Both the position numbers and the translations under genes were made by a program. Shown one piece after another: positions 24,318 to 37,485 of a stretch of 64,000 bases of DNA; position 1 is the stretch's first letter; each line of letters opens with the position of its first letter. The notes below the pieces were generated by a model, which did not search any database, had not been told where the DNA came from, and worked only from the letters and a program-made list of their open reading frames with translations. The DNA comes from Takakia lepidozioides (Eukaryota; Plantae; Bryophyta). Location: the NCBI GenBank assembly GCA_030704615.1, contig CM060731.1, positions 20,708,001 through 20,772,000 of the forward strand, given 5' to 3'.

Positions 24318-27300
24318 CTAAGCGCTAGCTTCTGTAGGGGTAGGCTCCCAAATAGTCAGCCCATGGCAAACATGACCTTTCCACCCCATGAGAAACCAGC
24401 CACCATCTTCTCCAATGCCAAAGTCTCTATGATAAGCCCCCATCATAGACCGAATTTTTGCCAAGATGGCTGGATCTAGGGGCTTCTGCCTGAATCCAGC
24501 CCGCTGGGTGCGAGACTGCCATTGCTTGTAAGACTCGGCCCTCTCCACTCTTTCCAGCCCTTCGCATGCGACAATGTTTAATATTTCCCGGCCCATAATC
24601 TCCCGCTCTAGTAAACTTCTACAAACATCATCAACCGGCATTGTTGATTCAAGTGCGTCGAAGGTTGGCGTGTAATGGTTCAGAGCCTCCCGGAAGCGGG
24701 ACAGGAAGAAGGGTGAATTGTAGCCCGAGCTCACCACTCCTTGTACGAATACCTTCAAGACATTATAAATGCATCAGATGCGTACGAAGCGAACAGTGAT
24801 GTGAAATGTCCCAAAACTGTGAAATGTCCGTGTCCCCAAAAAAAAAACAACAACATCCTCTCCCCACTTTCTCCTCTCCTCTCACATTATCATAAGTCTC
24901 AAATACACGCCCAAACGCCCATTTACTCTCACTGGCAATGACTCAATTCTCTCCACTCAAATTGCAGAGTTGGACTCTCACTCGCCAATCGCATGTCACC
25001 ATGTATAAAGTATCCGACTGTCAATTGACCGTGGACTTCCCTAGTGCGCACCCATATCCTACATAGACTCAATCGTGCTGGACTATGAGCAAAAGTGTCA
25101 AACCCACACAGATCCCCCAATGGCGTGTTCCCCTCTCTTCCAAAAGCACTCAGATCATCGAAAGGCCCATCAGGCAAATGTCAGTCAGTATCTACAGTCC
25201 AAGTATAGAGAACCCAAAAAACAAGTAAACAGGCAACGGACATGTGGTACCTTGGGGTTCATGCTTCGGATTCTGTCCAGTGCTATTTTACGGGGGCTTG
25301 CAGCTATGACAGATTCATCCAGAAGATGGCGGAGCCTGAACATGCAATTGACAGCTAGCACTTCATTCTTCCTCAAGAACAGATGAGCAGGAGTGATGGC
25401 TTCCCACTTTTCAGCCAGAGCATGGAACTCAAAGGGCACACCAGCCGCCTTTGCAATATCTGCGAGCCTCTGGCCAGTTTCCAGGATTCTTTCTGTTGGC
25501 CTGAATCCGGGCTGTGGATTATCGATCCCTGGCATTACATTTCACAGATAAGTAGACCTTCTAGAAAGTCATTGAACAACAGCATTTGCAGTATGACGAC
25601 ACCATTCAGCAGATTATGTGAAGAACACTGTTTGCATCTTGTCCAAGTGTCTGAAAGTAAGTCCGGGAATTGAAGATCCAATGTGAACACAAAAAAGTAG
25701 CATACAGCTCTGTAAATTCAGGACAATGACAGAAATTTGCAAAAAGTCAGACCAAGCAAACAGACACTGGCTGCTTATGGTCAATTGCTCAGAGCTATGA
25801 CTGCAGAGCTGCTCATATTTGACTGCACACATTGCACATGTTACAATATGTGCCACAAACACGAGGAAAAATACCAACACGGAGCTGGAAATGGTAGGAC
25901 AATTCTAGCACTGCTCCAGTTTCCACATGTGACCCTTGTTACCAGCCCCAGTGCTGGAAACAGAAAGAGAGAGAGAGGAGATGTGGGAGAGGGGAATAGA
26001 TAGGTCTGGCTTGTCGATATAAAAAACCATGACCAACTTGGACACCGTAGGGACATTGTAATGGAAGTTCTGAAAGTACCTGTAATTCGAAGGTGAGGTG
26101 GCCCACCAGGGCGGATTGCAAGGTTGTGTATGAGGCACGGCCATTGAACTCCATAGAGAATACCATAGTCAACCACATGCACATGTGAAGCATCCTTGAA
26201 GGCATCCAGTATTGTTCTATTGCCAAAGAAGTGTGAAGTTACAATGAATGGGTGATGGTCAACAAAATTGCGATAGGCTTTCAACATTGTGGCTGCTGAG
26301 GGACGATTTCTGGAGAGAGCTGTGTAGAGTTGTCCCCCTGTCCCTGACATTCTTGCCACCTGGAAGCCATAATACCATTGAAGTCATTGTGCCAGCAAGT
26401 GACCCTCCCATACTGAAGAGATCATAATGCTTGACAAATAATTCTACTATAGCTCACATACAAATAAATCATAATCCTTGACAACTAATTCTACTATCGC
26501 TCACATCCTTCTAAGTGGGCAGGTAACATGAAGTTAACTATAATATTATACTGCCAATTGACTGTACCTCTCAAATGTACGATCAGGTTTATTCACTTTA
26601 AATTCGGGGTATGCCTAGCAAGCCTTTGTTTCAGAATTTCCCTCTTCAGACTATTACATTCCTTACCAGCTATAGTTCAGAAGGAATGAAGCCTTGTCCA
26701 CAAGCGAGAAGTTACAGAGTCCACACATCAATCACACTAACAAACCTGGAACATCTAGGCTCGTCCACATCACGCAATACTGTTTCAGTACAGAATTGAC
26801 AGCCCAGGTATGCATGACAATGATCTATGAATTGACACAGTTGTGTGGGTGTTTCTAAGAAATACAAGATGGTGAAGAACACATTTGTGTACATTCCACA
26901 CATGTATCACAATGCCATGACTCATGCTTTCTTGTCTCTCTCAACCTCGGAAGGGGCTAAGTCAGGTCAATCCTTTCCACTTCTCCAGGCATTGCAGGGA
27001 TATACTGATTGTAGATGCCTGAGAGTCAAAAGCCAAATCAACATCATTGCTGCTGAACACCCCAGCCATGAGATAGGATTTTGACAGCATCAAGCATAAC
27101 CCATCATGAGGATACTAACCAGAGCTTCCATGAAATAGTGAGCACAGCGCTGTAGGCCACTCCCGTAAGGCGACGAATGCTGGCGCAGCTCCCCAATCAG
27201 TTCATTGGCATGGCTGAAGTCATTTTGGCCAATTGCCTGCGCACAGCTGAGAACCAACAGAGGGCTTTATTAAAACATGGTATGTTACTTCTTCATCAGG

Positions 27301-28663
27301 TACAAGGTCCCCCCCACAAAGTACATCGTATCGTAGTAGGTTGCAGGATGTAAATGAGCGATCTGCGTAGGTTAGACCCACAGGAAACAACACTGTCAAT
27401 GAAGGTGCGGCCTCACCTAACAAGCAGAGATGTCAGTTCACTGGAAGAGATGTGGGCAACAATGTCAGTCTCTGGAGCGGGGTGTGACTTGGAGGCTCCA
27501 TTTTGCCAAGATGGAAGATTGCCGCCATACTTCGTGATCCCAATTTTCGTGACGGTCATCTCGGGATCATTACGGTCAGGGCCAGCGCTCCGAACATTTG
27601 TCTGATACTCTCCATTGTTGGCCCACAGGTTACTCCGCTCGAGTTCCACTGTTGTAGGAGAAAAACTTGTGCCTCCACTTCCTACTTCATCTCCGAAACT
27701 GTTTGAGCCGTCCTCTTTACACCCGTCCCCAAGCTCTCTGGGTAGAGGACCACTCAGAACTTCATCAATCCAGCTGTCAACCGAATCTAGCTCACCTTCC
27801 TGCGAGTCTTTTGGTTCCCCATCGCAGCTCGGAGGTGTAGCTGTGGTCGAGTCATACCCGATCAGGTCCCCAAGCTCCCTGGCCATAGCCTGGTATGCAC
27901 TACACTCTTGAAACATACATTTCTTCTCCTCCAGATTTTCGTCCATCAGTATATCGTTCAGGAACGATAACAATGGGAGAGTCTCTTCTGCCAAATCAGA
28001 AGCAGTATTAGGGTCGAGGTCTGCCGCACTGGTTGGCGCATCAGAAAAGCCAGGAGAGAAAAGTCCTTGCTGAACACTGTCATCAGAAAAGCTATTCGAC
28101 GACGAGAGACAAGGAGACGATGAATGCTCCGAAGACATGCTCGACACTGTCGGTCGGTCCACACTGTTTGCTAACACAGATCGCTGAACATGAGTAGGAC
28201 CCCCCGAGTGCCCTTGAAAACCTGGTGAGAGGGGAGAAGCAGTCAGTGCGTAACTCTCCTTCGCAAACTCGGGGAACATAAAATCGATGCATGGAAGAGT
28301 CACCACAAGCGAGCCATTTGCAACATCCCCGTCCGTGAACACGGACGAGATGATTGGTTGCCTCTGATCAGAAACATCCGGAGAGCTCCTGAGCTCCGGA
28401 AAAATGGAGGAGAGAGACCTGTGAGCCGAAGGCTCATAGGTCTCATGAGAGTAAGCAGCAGATTTAGTTAAAGTTAAAGCTCTATCCGCATAACCAGAGC
28501 GCTTCGCTGCCTTGGGCACCTGTGTTTGAAACCAAACCTGCTGCAGCTGCCTTGCTAGCGGCGAAACTTCTCCACCTCCCCCCGATCTGTTATGCTTCTT
28601 GCTTCCTCCAAGCCCCGTTTCCTCTCCTCTAATAAACCCTTCTACTACTTCACCTCCAGCCAT
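24318..28663 (-). CDS. GRAS transcription factor, LISCL/SCL14-like, copy 2. Exons: 28663-27417, 27246-27120, 26359-26080, 25528-25251, 24752-24318
   Basis: Same motifs as copy 1 (ILMDENLEEKKCMFQ, VHVVDYGILYGVQWPCLI, GIDNPQPGFRP, NIVACEGLERVERAESYKQWQ). Internal exons are 127/280/278 nt, identical in size to copy 1. Confidence 0.93.
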
Positions 28664-29068
28664 TGCTCTCCTTCCTTCCCTAACCTCCACGCACAGCTAA
28701 ATCTTGCTCACAAAGCTCTCACCTTGCCGCAGCCTGCCTCACAGCACGGCCTCAGTTCCACCCAGCCTTCCTCCCCTCATCCTCCTCACTCCCCTCTCTC
28801 GCTTCTCTCGACTTGTGTCCCAAAACCCCACACACCGCCGAGCCTCTCCCCACCTCCCCCACGCCGACCTTCCTGCGCCCGCGGACGATAAAGAGGCACA
28901 TATGGATGCTCATGGATGACTTCCATCTGGCGAAACCACCGGCGAAACCTTTTCTCTACCTAATTCTCGCACGTAATTCATAAAATTATCTTAAGTTCTT
29001 TGGCGTATTTCCTACGGGGGCCATAATAACGGCCTGAATTTCTCAAAAAATATATGTAGGCCAGCCTG

Positions 29069-29351
29069 CAGTGTTTTTATTTCTGGCGAAATTTCGCACT
29101 TTTTCGACCTCAGAAAACAAATCGAATACTCTGTCGTAAATTCCCTATTTTCTCATGGATGAAATCGCCAAACTTCTCCAAAAAATATAGATCTGGGATG
29201 AATTCGCCTAATATGGATGATATACATGGATAAAAGTACAAAGGAGGATGATTCTGTCCCAATGTCAGTGGATGAACAGAAAATATGGCTATTTCCTGCA
29301 AAACTCAGTAGCCACTCCTGTTATTTTCCAAATTTGAAAAACAAACCATGG
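29069..29351 (+). mobile_element. hAT-like MITE (~280 bp), copy 1
   Basis: Begins CAGTGTTTT and matches the reverse complement of 33249-33533 along its length. Degenerate ccagc flanks. Confidence 0.7.
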
Positions 29352-30530
29352 CCAGCGCTTTCTAGAATCTTCGGATGTCAGATTGCTATAGCCATAACGG
29401 CCAGGAATCATCACTCTTCTGTCCGACGTTCATCCAAGCGTCATCAAGGCCGCAGTCAACGGGTTGCCTTGGAGAGCACTCCCGGGCACTGATGCCGCCA
29501 CCTGCCTGCAGCCGGCCAACCAACGACATCCTCTGCCACGTTTCATCCATCCATTGCGCTGACTAAATATCTACCCGTTGACTGGTTGGCAACCGCAACG
29601 CCAGCGACTTGGCCTCGATTTCTGTGGAAAGGAGACTGCGCGCTGCCCTTACGTTTTTTTTTTTAATTTTACATATCATTATTATTATTCTGCAGTGTCG
29701 TAATGTAGCTTTTTTTAGAAATAGTTTTTTTTTTTTTTAAAGGTGTTGGGGATCAGAGTCTGGCAACCATGACTTGGGGGCTGCATTTGTCTTTTTAGGA
29801 AGGAGCCCTGTACTGACATGAGAGCAAGGAAAACATCCAGGCCTTGCAGTTGCCATGAAGCTTACAAAAGCGTGGGAATTGAATTCATGCTATTTTATTT
29901 TAGTTTTCTTTTTTGAAATTTGACTGATGAGGGGAAAAAATGAAACCTCAATAAAGCCATAAGACAGGGGCACACCATGGAGGTGAGGGAGTACTGTTAT
30001 TATTGTTAACAAGTAGGTATCTATTGAAGAGGTGATCATAGGGCCATGATTAACTTATGGGAGAGTCCCATGTTCTGGATTCCCTTGAATTGGGGCTTGT
30101 GTCTGGGTGTCCTGTCCCTTGAATCTGGGCCCATTTGTGAAGGTGCCAGATGTTATGAGGTATAGTAATAGACTGGCATTCTCTAGACTCTCCCTGTTAA
30201 AAATAGAAAAAGATAAAAATGATGCAGAGTGAGCCATGGTGAGCACATCGCTTGTTTTACCACTTGCATAAATTGTAGGGCAGTAAAAGTAAAATTAAAG
30301 TAAAATTAAAATTTGTTTTAACATCCAGTGAATTGTAGGGCAGTGACAAGACAGTAGATTGCACACCAGTAGTGTAGGTACTTAGGAAGATAATAGAAAT
30401 GAGGTAAGAACTTAATGGACACGTGCAATCTCTGACAGAATGGTGCGCCAGTATCTGGCATGTCAAATCTTCCCCTCCATCTCTTGAGAGTGACATGGAA
30501 CTGAAGGAGTGTAAACTCGAGTCGGGGTTA

Positions 30531-31179
30531 CCCTAGTGGGAAGGCTGATCCGGCAGTGAAGTGCCGAATATTTATTTTCTTTACAACAAAACACTTCGGC
30601 ACAACTTAAGGAAATTTCTAGATTTTACGACAATGCCACGAGGAGATTTTAAGTAATTCGGTGGTGACTCCCTGCATGAACTTGCTCTATCTACTGTACC
30701 AGATGTGATAAAAGAATTATATACCAACAGTCAGTAGCTCATACGGTTAAGTGCACTCAGTGCCACCCAGATGATTCTGGGGTCAAATCTTGCTACTGAC
30801 GGGTGTGGTATGGTTCCACTCATACGCCTCCATGGTGCATAAATGAAAGAGGTTATTTTCTTCTCTCACTACTAAGGGGCCTGATTTGTGAGCTGTCGCT
30901 CCCAGGTGTTTCCCTTTTTTCAAAAAAAAACAAAAAAAACAAATTATGTAGGGAGCCATGAGAGCATCTGGTCAATCATCAAATGCAGCGATTGTTCAGC
31001 CAATTATTGTAGGATTTCTCAGAGCTAAGGAAAATATTCTAGAGCTTTATGCCTTGAAACATGCATTTGGAGAATTGGAGTTTGTTTGAGATTTTAGGCA
31101 TTTTTTCCTAAATTTTCACTTAATTATTAGGCAGATTCATTTCTAATTATTTAGTGCTGGATCAGCCTTCCCACTACGG
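30531..31179. mobile_element. Tc1/mariner-like MITE with ~25-bp TIRs and TA flanks, carrying a nested SINE
   Basis: Left end TA|CCCTAGTGGGAAGGCTGATCCGGCA; right end TGCTGGATCAGCCTTCCCACTACGG|TA. Confidence 0.75.
30728..30940 (+). mobile_element. tRNA-derived SINE, copy 1
   Basis: A-box-like TAGCTCATACGG, B-box-like GGTCAAATC, 3' end gctgtcgctcccagg plus A-rich tail. Homologous to 33821-34063. Confidence 0.75.
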
Positions 31180-32428
31180 TATGCTGGGTTACACAATGGG
31201 GAGTGTAACTCCAAATGGACTAAGAAGAGTTACACACGAGAGGTCGGGGTTACATAGGGTTACACCGATTGGGGGTTACACTGATTGGGAGACCAATACC
31301 TAGGTTACATTGCAACAGCCTCCTATCAATAAGCAAACCTGAAATTTCGCCGCCTGCATTACCATCACCTTACCAACATGCTACCCGCCACAGCATGAAA
31401 CTGTTTTGGATTCTTAAGTATTTAACAGTGAATCCGAGGTAAGAGGGGTTAGGGAGGATTTGACAAGGGCCCCCCGCCAGAGAACCCCAGGCTGCCGGAA
31501 ACTGGCGAATGTACCGTAGGATGGCACGAGTGCATTAAGTTCTTCCCTCATTCCTAGTGTCTTCCCAATACCACCATCTATAATTTGATATTAGGTTGTA
31601 TGGTTTGCAGTTTGCAGTACACCTAGGATGGTAGTTGAGGGCGCATGTGCAACGGAGGTGGCGCCCACCCTGGTCCACTCCAGCGCTGCCCTTGCCCTTC
31701 ACTCCCCTATACCGGGTCCTATACCGTTGGGTTTGCTCCAATGTTACCAATCCATGTTTCCGCTCCCCTGTTCTTGCTCCCTGCTCTATTCGTTGCGCTA
31801 CAAAAACACACTCGCATCAAGTTGTTACTCTATTATTATTATTATTATTATTTCTTAAATAAAAGGGGACGGAGGCCCTGTTACTCAAATTAAAGAAGCG
31901 AGGAAAAAATAACCTTGACAGGGCCATAAGGCAATACAATCGTCCAGATTATTATTTATAGAGCCCACCCTTAGGGGAAGAGAGTCTTTTTTCCGCTAAC
32001 TTCAGTTGGCCTTATATATATATGTTTATTTATCATTTTCTATATTTATTTATTTATTTATTTATTTTTATTTTTATTTTTTGTTAGCCACAGCAAAGGT
32101 GACAAGGGGACAAGGGGACAACACTCGACAAGTGGGGTCAGGAATTGGACCACAAAAATCAACATACAATTTATAATTAGATAACTTCAAAGCAAGCCAA
32201 ATGAATAGTCTAATGGTAATGAATGATGCAAAGACCAAAGTCTTCTGGATTTGAAGGTAATACTAGTAATTAACTTTCTTTAACTAATATTGCTTTAACT
32301 AATTAACTAATCTTTTGGCAAGTAGTTTATTTAATAACCTTCCCAAAACAGTTTTGTGTTGCAACACTGAAAAACAATTGAGGGTTTTTTACGTGACTTT
32401 TACTCTTTGGATAGGTAGTCATATTTAA

Positions 32429-33163
32429 CCCTTAAAGGACGAGCTAACTTTTGGTGGGGCCACCAAAAAAGAGGATATACACTTATGGATGGGGGTGTAA
32501 CTTCTTACCCCCAATCATCCAGGGGATGAACCTTACACTTATGTGCATATCTACTATGTACACGTCCTGTAAAAAATGTAGGTAAATTGATCATTGCATT
32601 TGGGAGATTATAACAAAATAATATGCCCTAATTTGTAAATATACTCAAAAATTGCATGCAAAAAATTGTTAGACCACAAAATTACAATATCGAGTTGAAT
32701 CTTCCCAGACAAAGGCCCTCCATAATCTGATAATATGGCATCTAAACCACTGCCTCCCACAAAATTCAGATAGGCTGTTTTGTATGTGAAATCTGGGGGG
32801 ATAAATTGTCTGGTTTTGGCTTCTTTCATAATTATTATACCCATGAGATGATATTTGTTTTCCAATGCCTCTGGTAAGTAAGTGCCAGTAACATTTCATA
32901 GTGCCCTGTCCAAAAATTTTGGGATTATAGATGTTGAAGATTGCCCATTTGGCTGCCATGTAGGCAGGTCAATGGTACACTGGATTTTCTGACCCCTTGG
33001 CACTTTGAAAAATTCTAGGGAGCAGAGCCTTTATGATTTTTTGGCGCTGTAAATTCCCACACGTGCTCCTCTCTGACATCCACAATTTATCTTCAGGGTT
33101 CACTTCCATCCACTATCATCCACTATGGCAAAAAACTGACGCCGCCGGAATGTCCTTTAGGGG
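32429..33163. mobile_element. piggyBac-like MITE (TTAA target-site duplication, CCC...GGG termini)
   Basis: TTAA|CCCTTAAAGGAC ... GTCCTTTAGGGG|TTAA. TIR match is 11/12 and TTAA is intact on both sides. Confidence 0.65.
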
Positions 33164-33248
33164 TTAAGGCGTGGCCTTTAGATCCTCATCCTCTAATCCC
33201 ATGTTATTTGTAGACTTTGATTTTTGTCTCAATGTCATGATCTCCCAC

Positions 33249-33533
33249 CAGTGATTTTTTTCTTGAATTTGAAAAATAGCACGAATGGCTATTAAATTTT
33301 ACAAGAAATAGCTATATATTCTGTTCATCCATTGAAATTTGGATAGAATCATCCTCCTATGTACTTACATCATTTGTATCATCCATATTTGACGAATTCA
33401 TCCATTATTATTTTATCTTTGTAGAAGTTTGGCGATTTCATCCATGAAAAAATTGAGAATGTACGACAGAATATTCCATTTTAATTTTTTGAGGTCGCCA
33501 TTTGGCGATTTTTTGCCAGGAAAAAAAACACTG
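33249..33533 (-). mobile_element. hAT-like MITE, copy 2
   Basis: CAGTG...CACTG termini with 8-bp flanks tctcccac / actcccac (TSD with one mismatch). Confidence 0.8.
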
Positions 33534-33820
33534 ACTCCCACTTTTCTCCCTCCTCTCTCTCATGGTTAGGGAGGGCACACCTGCGTCCTATGACTTCACG
33601 GCCCAGTGGTTATTTTTTCCACTTGTTTTCTCCTATTTTTAATAAACTCCAAGGGCCTCTGTCCCATTTTCCCCTAAAAAAATAAAATAGAATAAAATAA
33701 CAATCTCCAGGTAGCAATCATATTTCATCACAATAACATCATAGGTCATGTTGACAACGTCGTCCCATGTAGCAACGTGGCCCAATTTACGATGTGGCCA
33801 ATGAAATTTCGTTGGCAAGT

Positions 33821-34063
33821 TTTTTCTTTTTCTTTTTCTTTTTTTTTCAAAGGAAACCTGGGAGCGACAGCCCACAATTCAGGTCCTTGAGGAAGGGGAA
33901 AAATTAACCCCCTTTCATTTATGGGCCATGAGGCCTACAGGACGACCAACGCCCAGACATACCGTCACGAACAATCCCACACACGGGGCAGGGCAGCGGG
34001 TTTGAACCCTGAACCACCAGGGCGACACAATGTGCACTTACCAGCTGAACTACCAGCCGATGT
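33821..34063 (-). mobile_element. tRNA-derived SINE, copy 2
   Basis: Minus strand shows A box TAGTTCAGCTGG, B box GGTTCAAACC and an A-rich tail. The flanking gcaagt is duplicated. Confidence 0.8.
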
Positions 34064-34119
34064 GCAAGTATTTATTATATGTTAGACTTCGAAATAGTCA
34101 TTGACAAAATAAAACCCAT

Positions 34120-37100
34120 TTACCTCACTCCATCTCCCCCTAAGACTGCCTGTGTGGCCCATACACCCACCATACTTACTGGTCAAAAAAGCTTTGTCCC
34201 TCGAAGGGGAAATATCTGAAATAGAGTTGGAGGAGGCCTTGCAAAAATTACAAAACAATAAGTCCCCGGGAATGGACAGACTTTATGTGGAATTCTACAA
34301 GGCAATGTGGTCAGATATCTCCTCTGACTTTACGGATATGGCAAACCACCTCTTTCTTCAAGGATCTATGCCCCTTGCTATGTCACAAGGCGTCATCACC
34401 CTGCTGCACAAAAAAGGGGATAGAACCAACATTTCCAATTACAGACCCATTACCTTGCTGAATGTGGCATATAAAATAATAGTGAAAGCCTTAGCCCTCA
34501 GACTGCAGCCTCTCTTGCCCTCTCTAATCCGGCCCAATCGAACGGGGTTTATAAAAGGAAGATTCATCTTAGATAATCTACTTTTAGCTGAAGAGGTACC
34601 CAAATTTGCTGCCAGATCCGGCCAGGCCATTGCCACGCTTCTTCTGGATTTTGAAAAGGCGTTCGACAGGGTAGAATGGCCCTTCCTCCTTGCAGCATTG
34701 GCTAGGATAGGCTTTCCGCCAGATTTCTGCAGATGGGTGCGCATTCTTTCAACAACATCTTCCAGCCAGCAAGGTCATTGTTAATGGATATATCTCCTCC
34801 TCCTTCCATTTACAACGATCTGTCCAACAGGGGTGCCCACTGGCCCCATTTCTTTTTCTGGTGGTAGCTGACACCTTGGATTACCTGTTGGATCACAACC
34901 AAAACATCAGGGGCCTCAGGATCACTAACTACATTACAAGACAGCCTACACACCTCTGAATAGACTCCATGTTTGTTGACTACACATTTCTTATGCTTCA
35001 AGCAACAGTGGAAAATCTGAACTCGGCCGGGGACACTCTTGACGCCTTTTGCCAAGCCCCTGGCTTCAAGGTTAACTGGAATAAAACATCGGCCTTACTT
35101 GTCGGAGAACTATCAGAATCCACATTGGGTTCACCGCCTACATGGGGTTCCACCCAGGGTCTGAAGTGGCTCAAACAGGGTGAGACTACAACCCTGCTGG
35201 ATTACACCTTTGGAATAGCCCTTACAGATGAACAGAAATTTGCCCTCACAGGTCGGGTCTTGGTGGCAAACCAAATCTGCTCAGCTGGAATGTGGTATTA
35301 CTCTTCATCCTGGCGTCCAAACTCGAAACAAGTCCAAGAAGTCAGACGTCTCCTTAGAACCTTCATCTGGGGGCTCACAAAGCCACAGACAACAAAAGAC
35401 CACAAGTAGGTTGGAAACAATCTGCCTCCCCAAAAAGAAGGGGGGGCTGGGGGTCTTGGATTTAGAAACTCAAATCAATGCATTTCTTGGAAAATGGATT
35501 CCACGGTTCCTAGGGCCTGAAGGAGGCTGTTGGAAGTTTCTGGTCTATGACCACATCGTTGCTTCCTCCCCCCTCAAGGTGCGCCCTTGGCAACCCTCGC
35601 TACGTTGGATAGCCCTCAAGGCAACGGGGTCACCTCTATGGAAAAACATCTGGCGAGCATGGGGTAAGCTTCGAAAATACCTTATTAAGGCCCAACCCTC
35701 GACCTTCTATGAAGTGCTCAGACAACACCTTTCCTGAATACAAACTCCCCGAACCCTTCTCAACGCAACCATGCCAGGCATTGGTCTTGCTAGGACAAGT
35801 TGGGAATCAGCCAGATCAACAACATCTGGGAAAACAGGGCCCTCCAACCCCTAGAATCGATCTCAGATCTAGTGGCAAGGGGAGGGCGAACAGGGGATAT
35901 CAACCTCATCACATCCATAAACCCTTATTGGTTAGCCACCCTGGGATCAGGCCCCCCGGTGCTAGTGGACAATACGTGGGGCTTGGCCATTTACCAGGGT
36001 TAGTTATCAATCATTTTTGTCCAGTTCGCTTCACCACAGCAGTTCACGATCTTCAACTTTCATATCAACACAACAACTCTGGCGCTTACTTTTTCTTCAA
36101 CAATCCCCCAGTTCATTCAACCAATTCCTCTAACCCCGATTATGATTTATTGCTGGACTTCACAAGATAAGGCATTCAACCCACTACCCCCAATATCTGT
36201 CCCAATTCATGATTGGCTAGCATCCAATACCTTTGTGTGGATTCTTGGAAGGCCTTTGGCAGAGCTCGACCTTTGACCCTGTTGAGTGGTCCTGGACCTT
36301 CACCAGATCGCCGGATCCCTTCTTTTCTTACACAACAAAGAGAGGATACAGGGTACTCTCTAAAACGGAACCAATGCTTGCTAAATGGGACTTGAAATGG
36401 GAAAACCACGGATTTCGAGAAGAGAAGTGGTCTATTATCTGGGGCTCGGTATGGATCAAATCCCGTCCAGCAAAAATATCTGCCTTTCTATGGCAAGTTG
36501 CAAATCGGGTTTTTTAAGTAGGGGAGTGGCTCCAATTCTAAGCATCAGTCATTTGTGCGTGTTGCTCGACCGCCGTGCAGGAAACATTGGAGCATTGTTT
36601 GCTTCACTGCCAAGCACCATCCAAGATATGGCCTCTGGTGAAATCTTTATACCTAAACTAGAATCCAAGGCCCCTCTCTGAAACTCATTTGCTCCTAAAC
36701 TAGGACAAGAACACAAAAAACAAAGCGGTAAGCTGCCTTTTATTCGAAATTCTCAGAGGATTGACGTTGTGGCACCTATGGAAGATTTGCAGTAAGAATA
36801 CCTTCTCTGCACACACCACCACCGTAATATCTTCGCTCCTCTCCAGTATCTTTTATGATTTCCAGACTGAAGCTCGTAAAGCTTGGGCTACAACGTGTGC
36901 AGACATGGAACGAAATTCCGGGAGTGCAAATAATATCCACGCATCTTTCTGCAGTACATGGGGCCTTGCCGGAATCATCTGCCACTCCCCCTCGCAAGAG
37001 AAATGCTTCCGGACCGAGCTCCCTCCACCAGCGTGGCGTGACCTTCGAATCCCCCTCCACTCTTTCGCCGGAGTTTGAGCGAGATGTCACACCTCAAAAC

Positions 37101-37485
37101 TTCATCCAAGGCCTCGAGACTTAATTACTCTTAAACCTTTCTACTTTATGAAAGGTTGATGACAAAAATCTACGTTCTATCATTTGCAATATTGCTAGTG
37201 TAAGTCAAAGGGTCGGTTCATTTAGGGACCATCAGTCTCTGTAGGCCTGCCTACATTAAAGTGGTCTTCTCTCTTGGGATCTGTCCCAGTACTTGGTTCT
37301 TCAAAATCCCATTTGGTGGATGTATGGCTCTCATTACACTTATCACGGTGTGTGTGCCTTATGGCTTAATCGGGGTTTTAATTTCCCCCCCCCTCCCCCC
37401 CCCCCCCCCCTCAATAAGTTATGAATAAAATTAATCAGGGCAATAAACCATGTTCTCAAAAAAAAAAAAAAAAAAAAAAAAAAAA
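34120..37485 (+). mobile_element. 5'-truncated, frameshifted L1/Tx1-type LINE (RT + zf-RVT) ending in poly(A)
   Basis: NNKSPG, NYRPITLLNVAYKI, LDFEKAFDRVEW, QGCPLAP, CLPKKKGGLGV, KISAFLWQVA, ETLEHCLLHC. Poly(A) at 37458-37485. Confidence 0.92.

Noticed and set aside
33990-34063. Possible tRNA genes at ~30730, ~34000 and ~15750
   Set aside because: A/B boxes are present but there is no complete cloverleaf. Two of them continue into a shared body and A-tail, so they are SINE heads.
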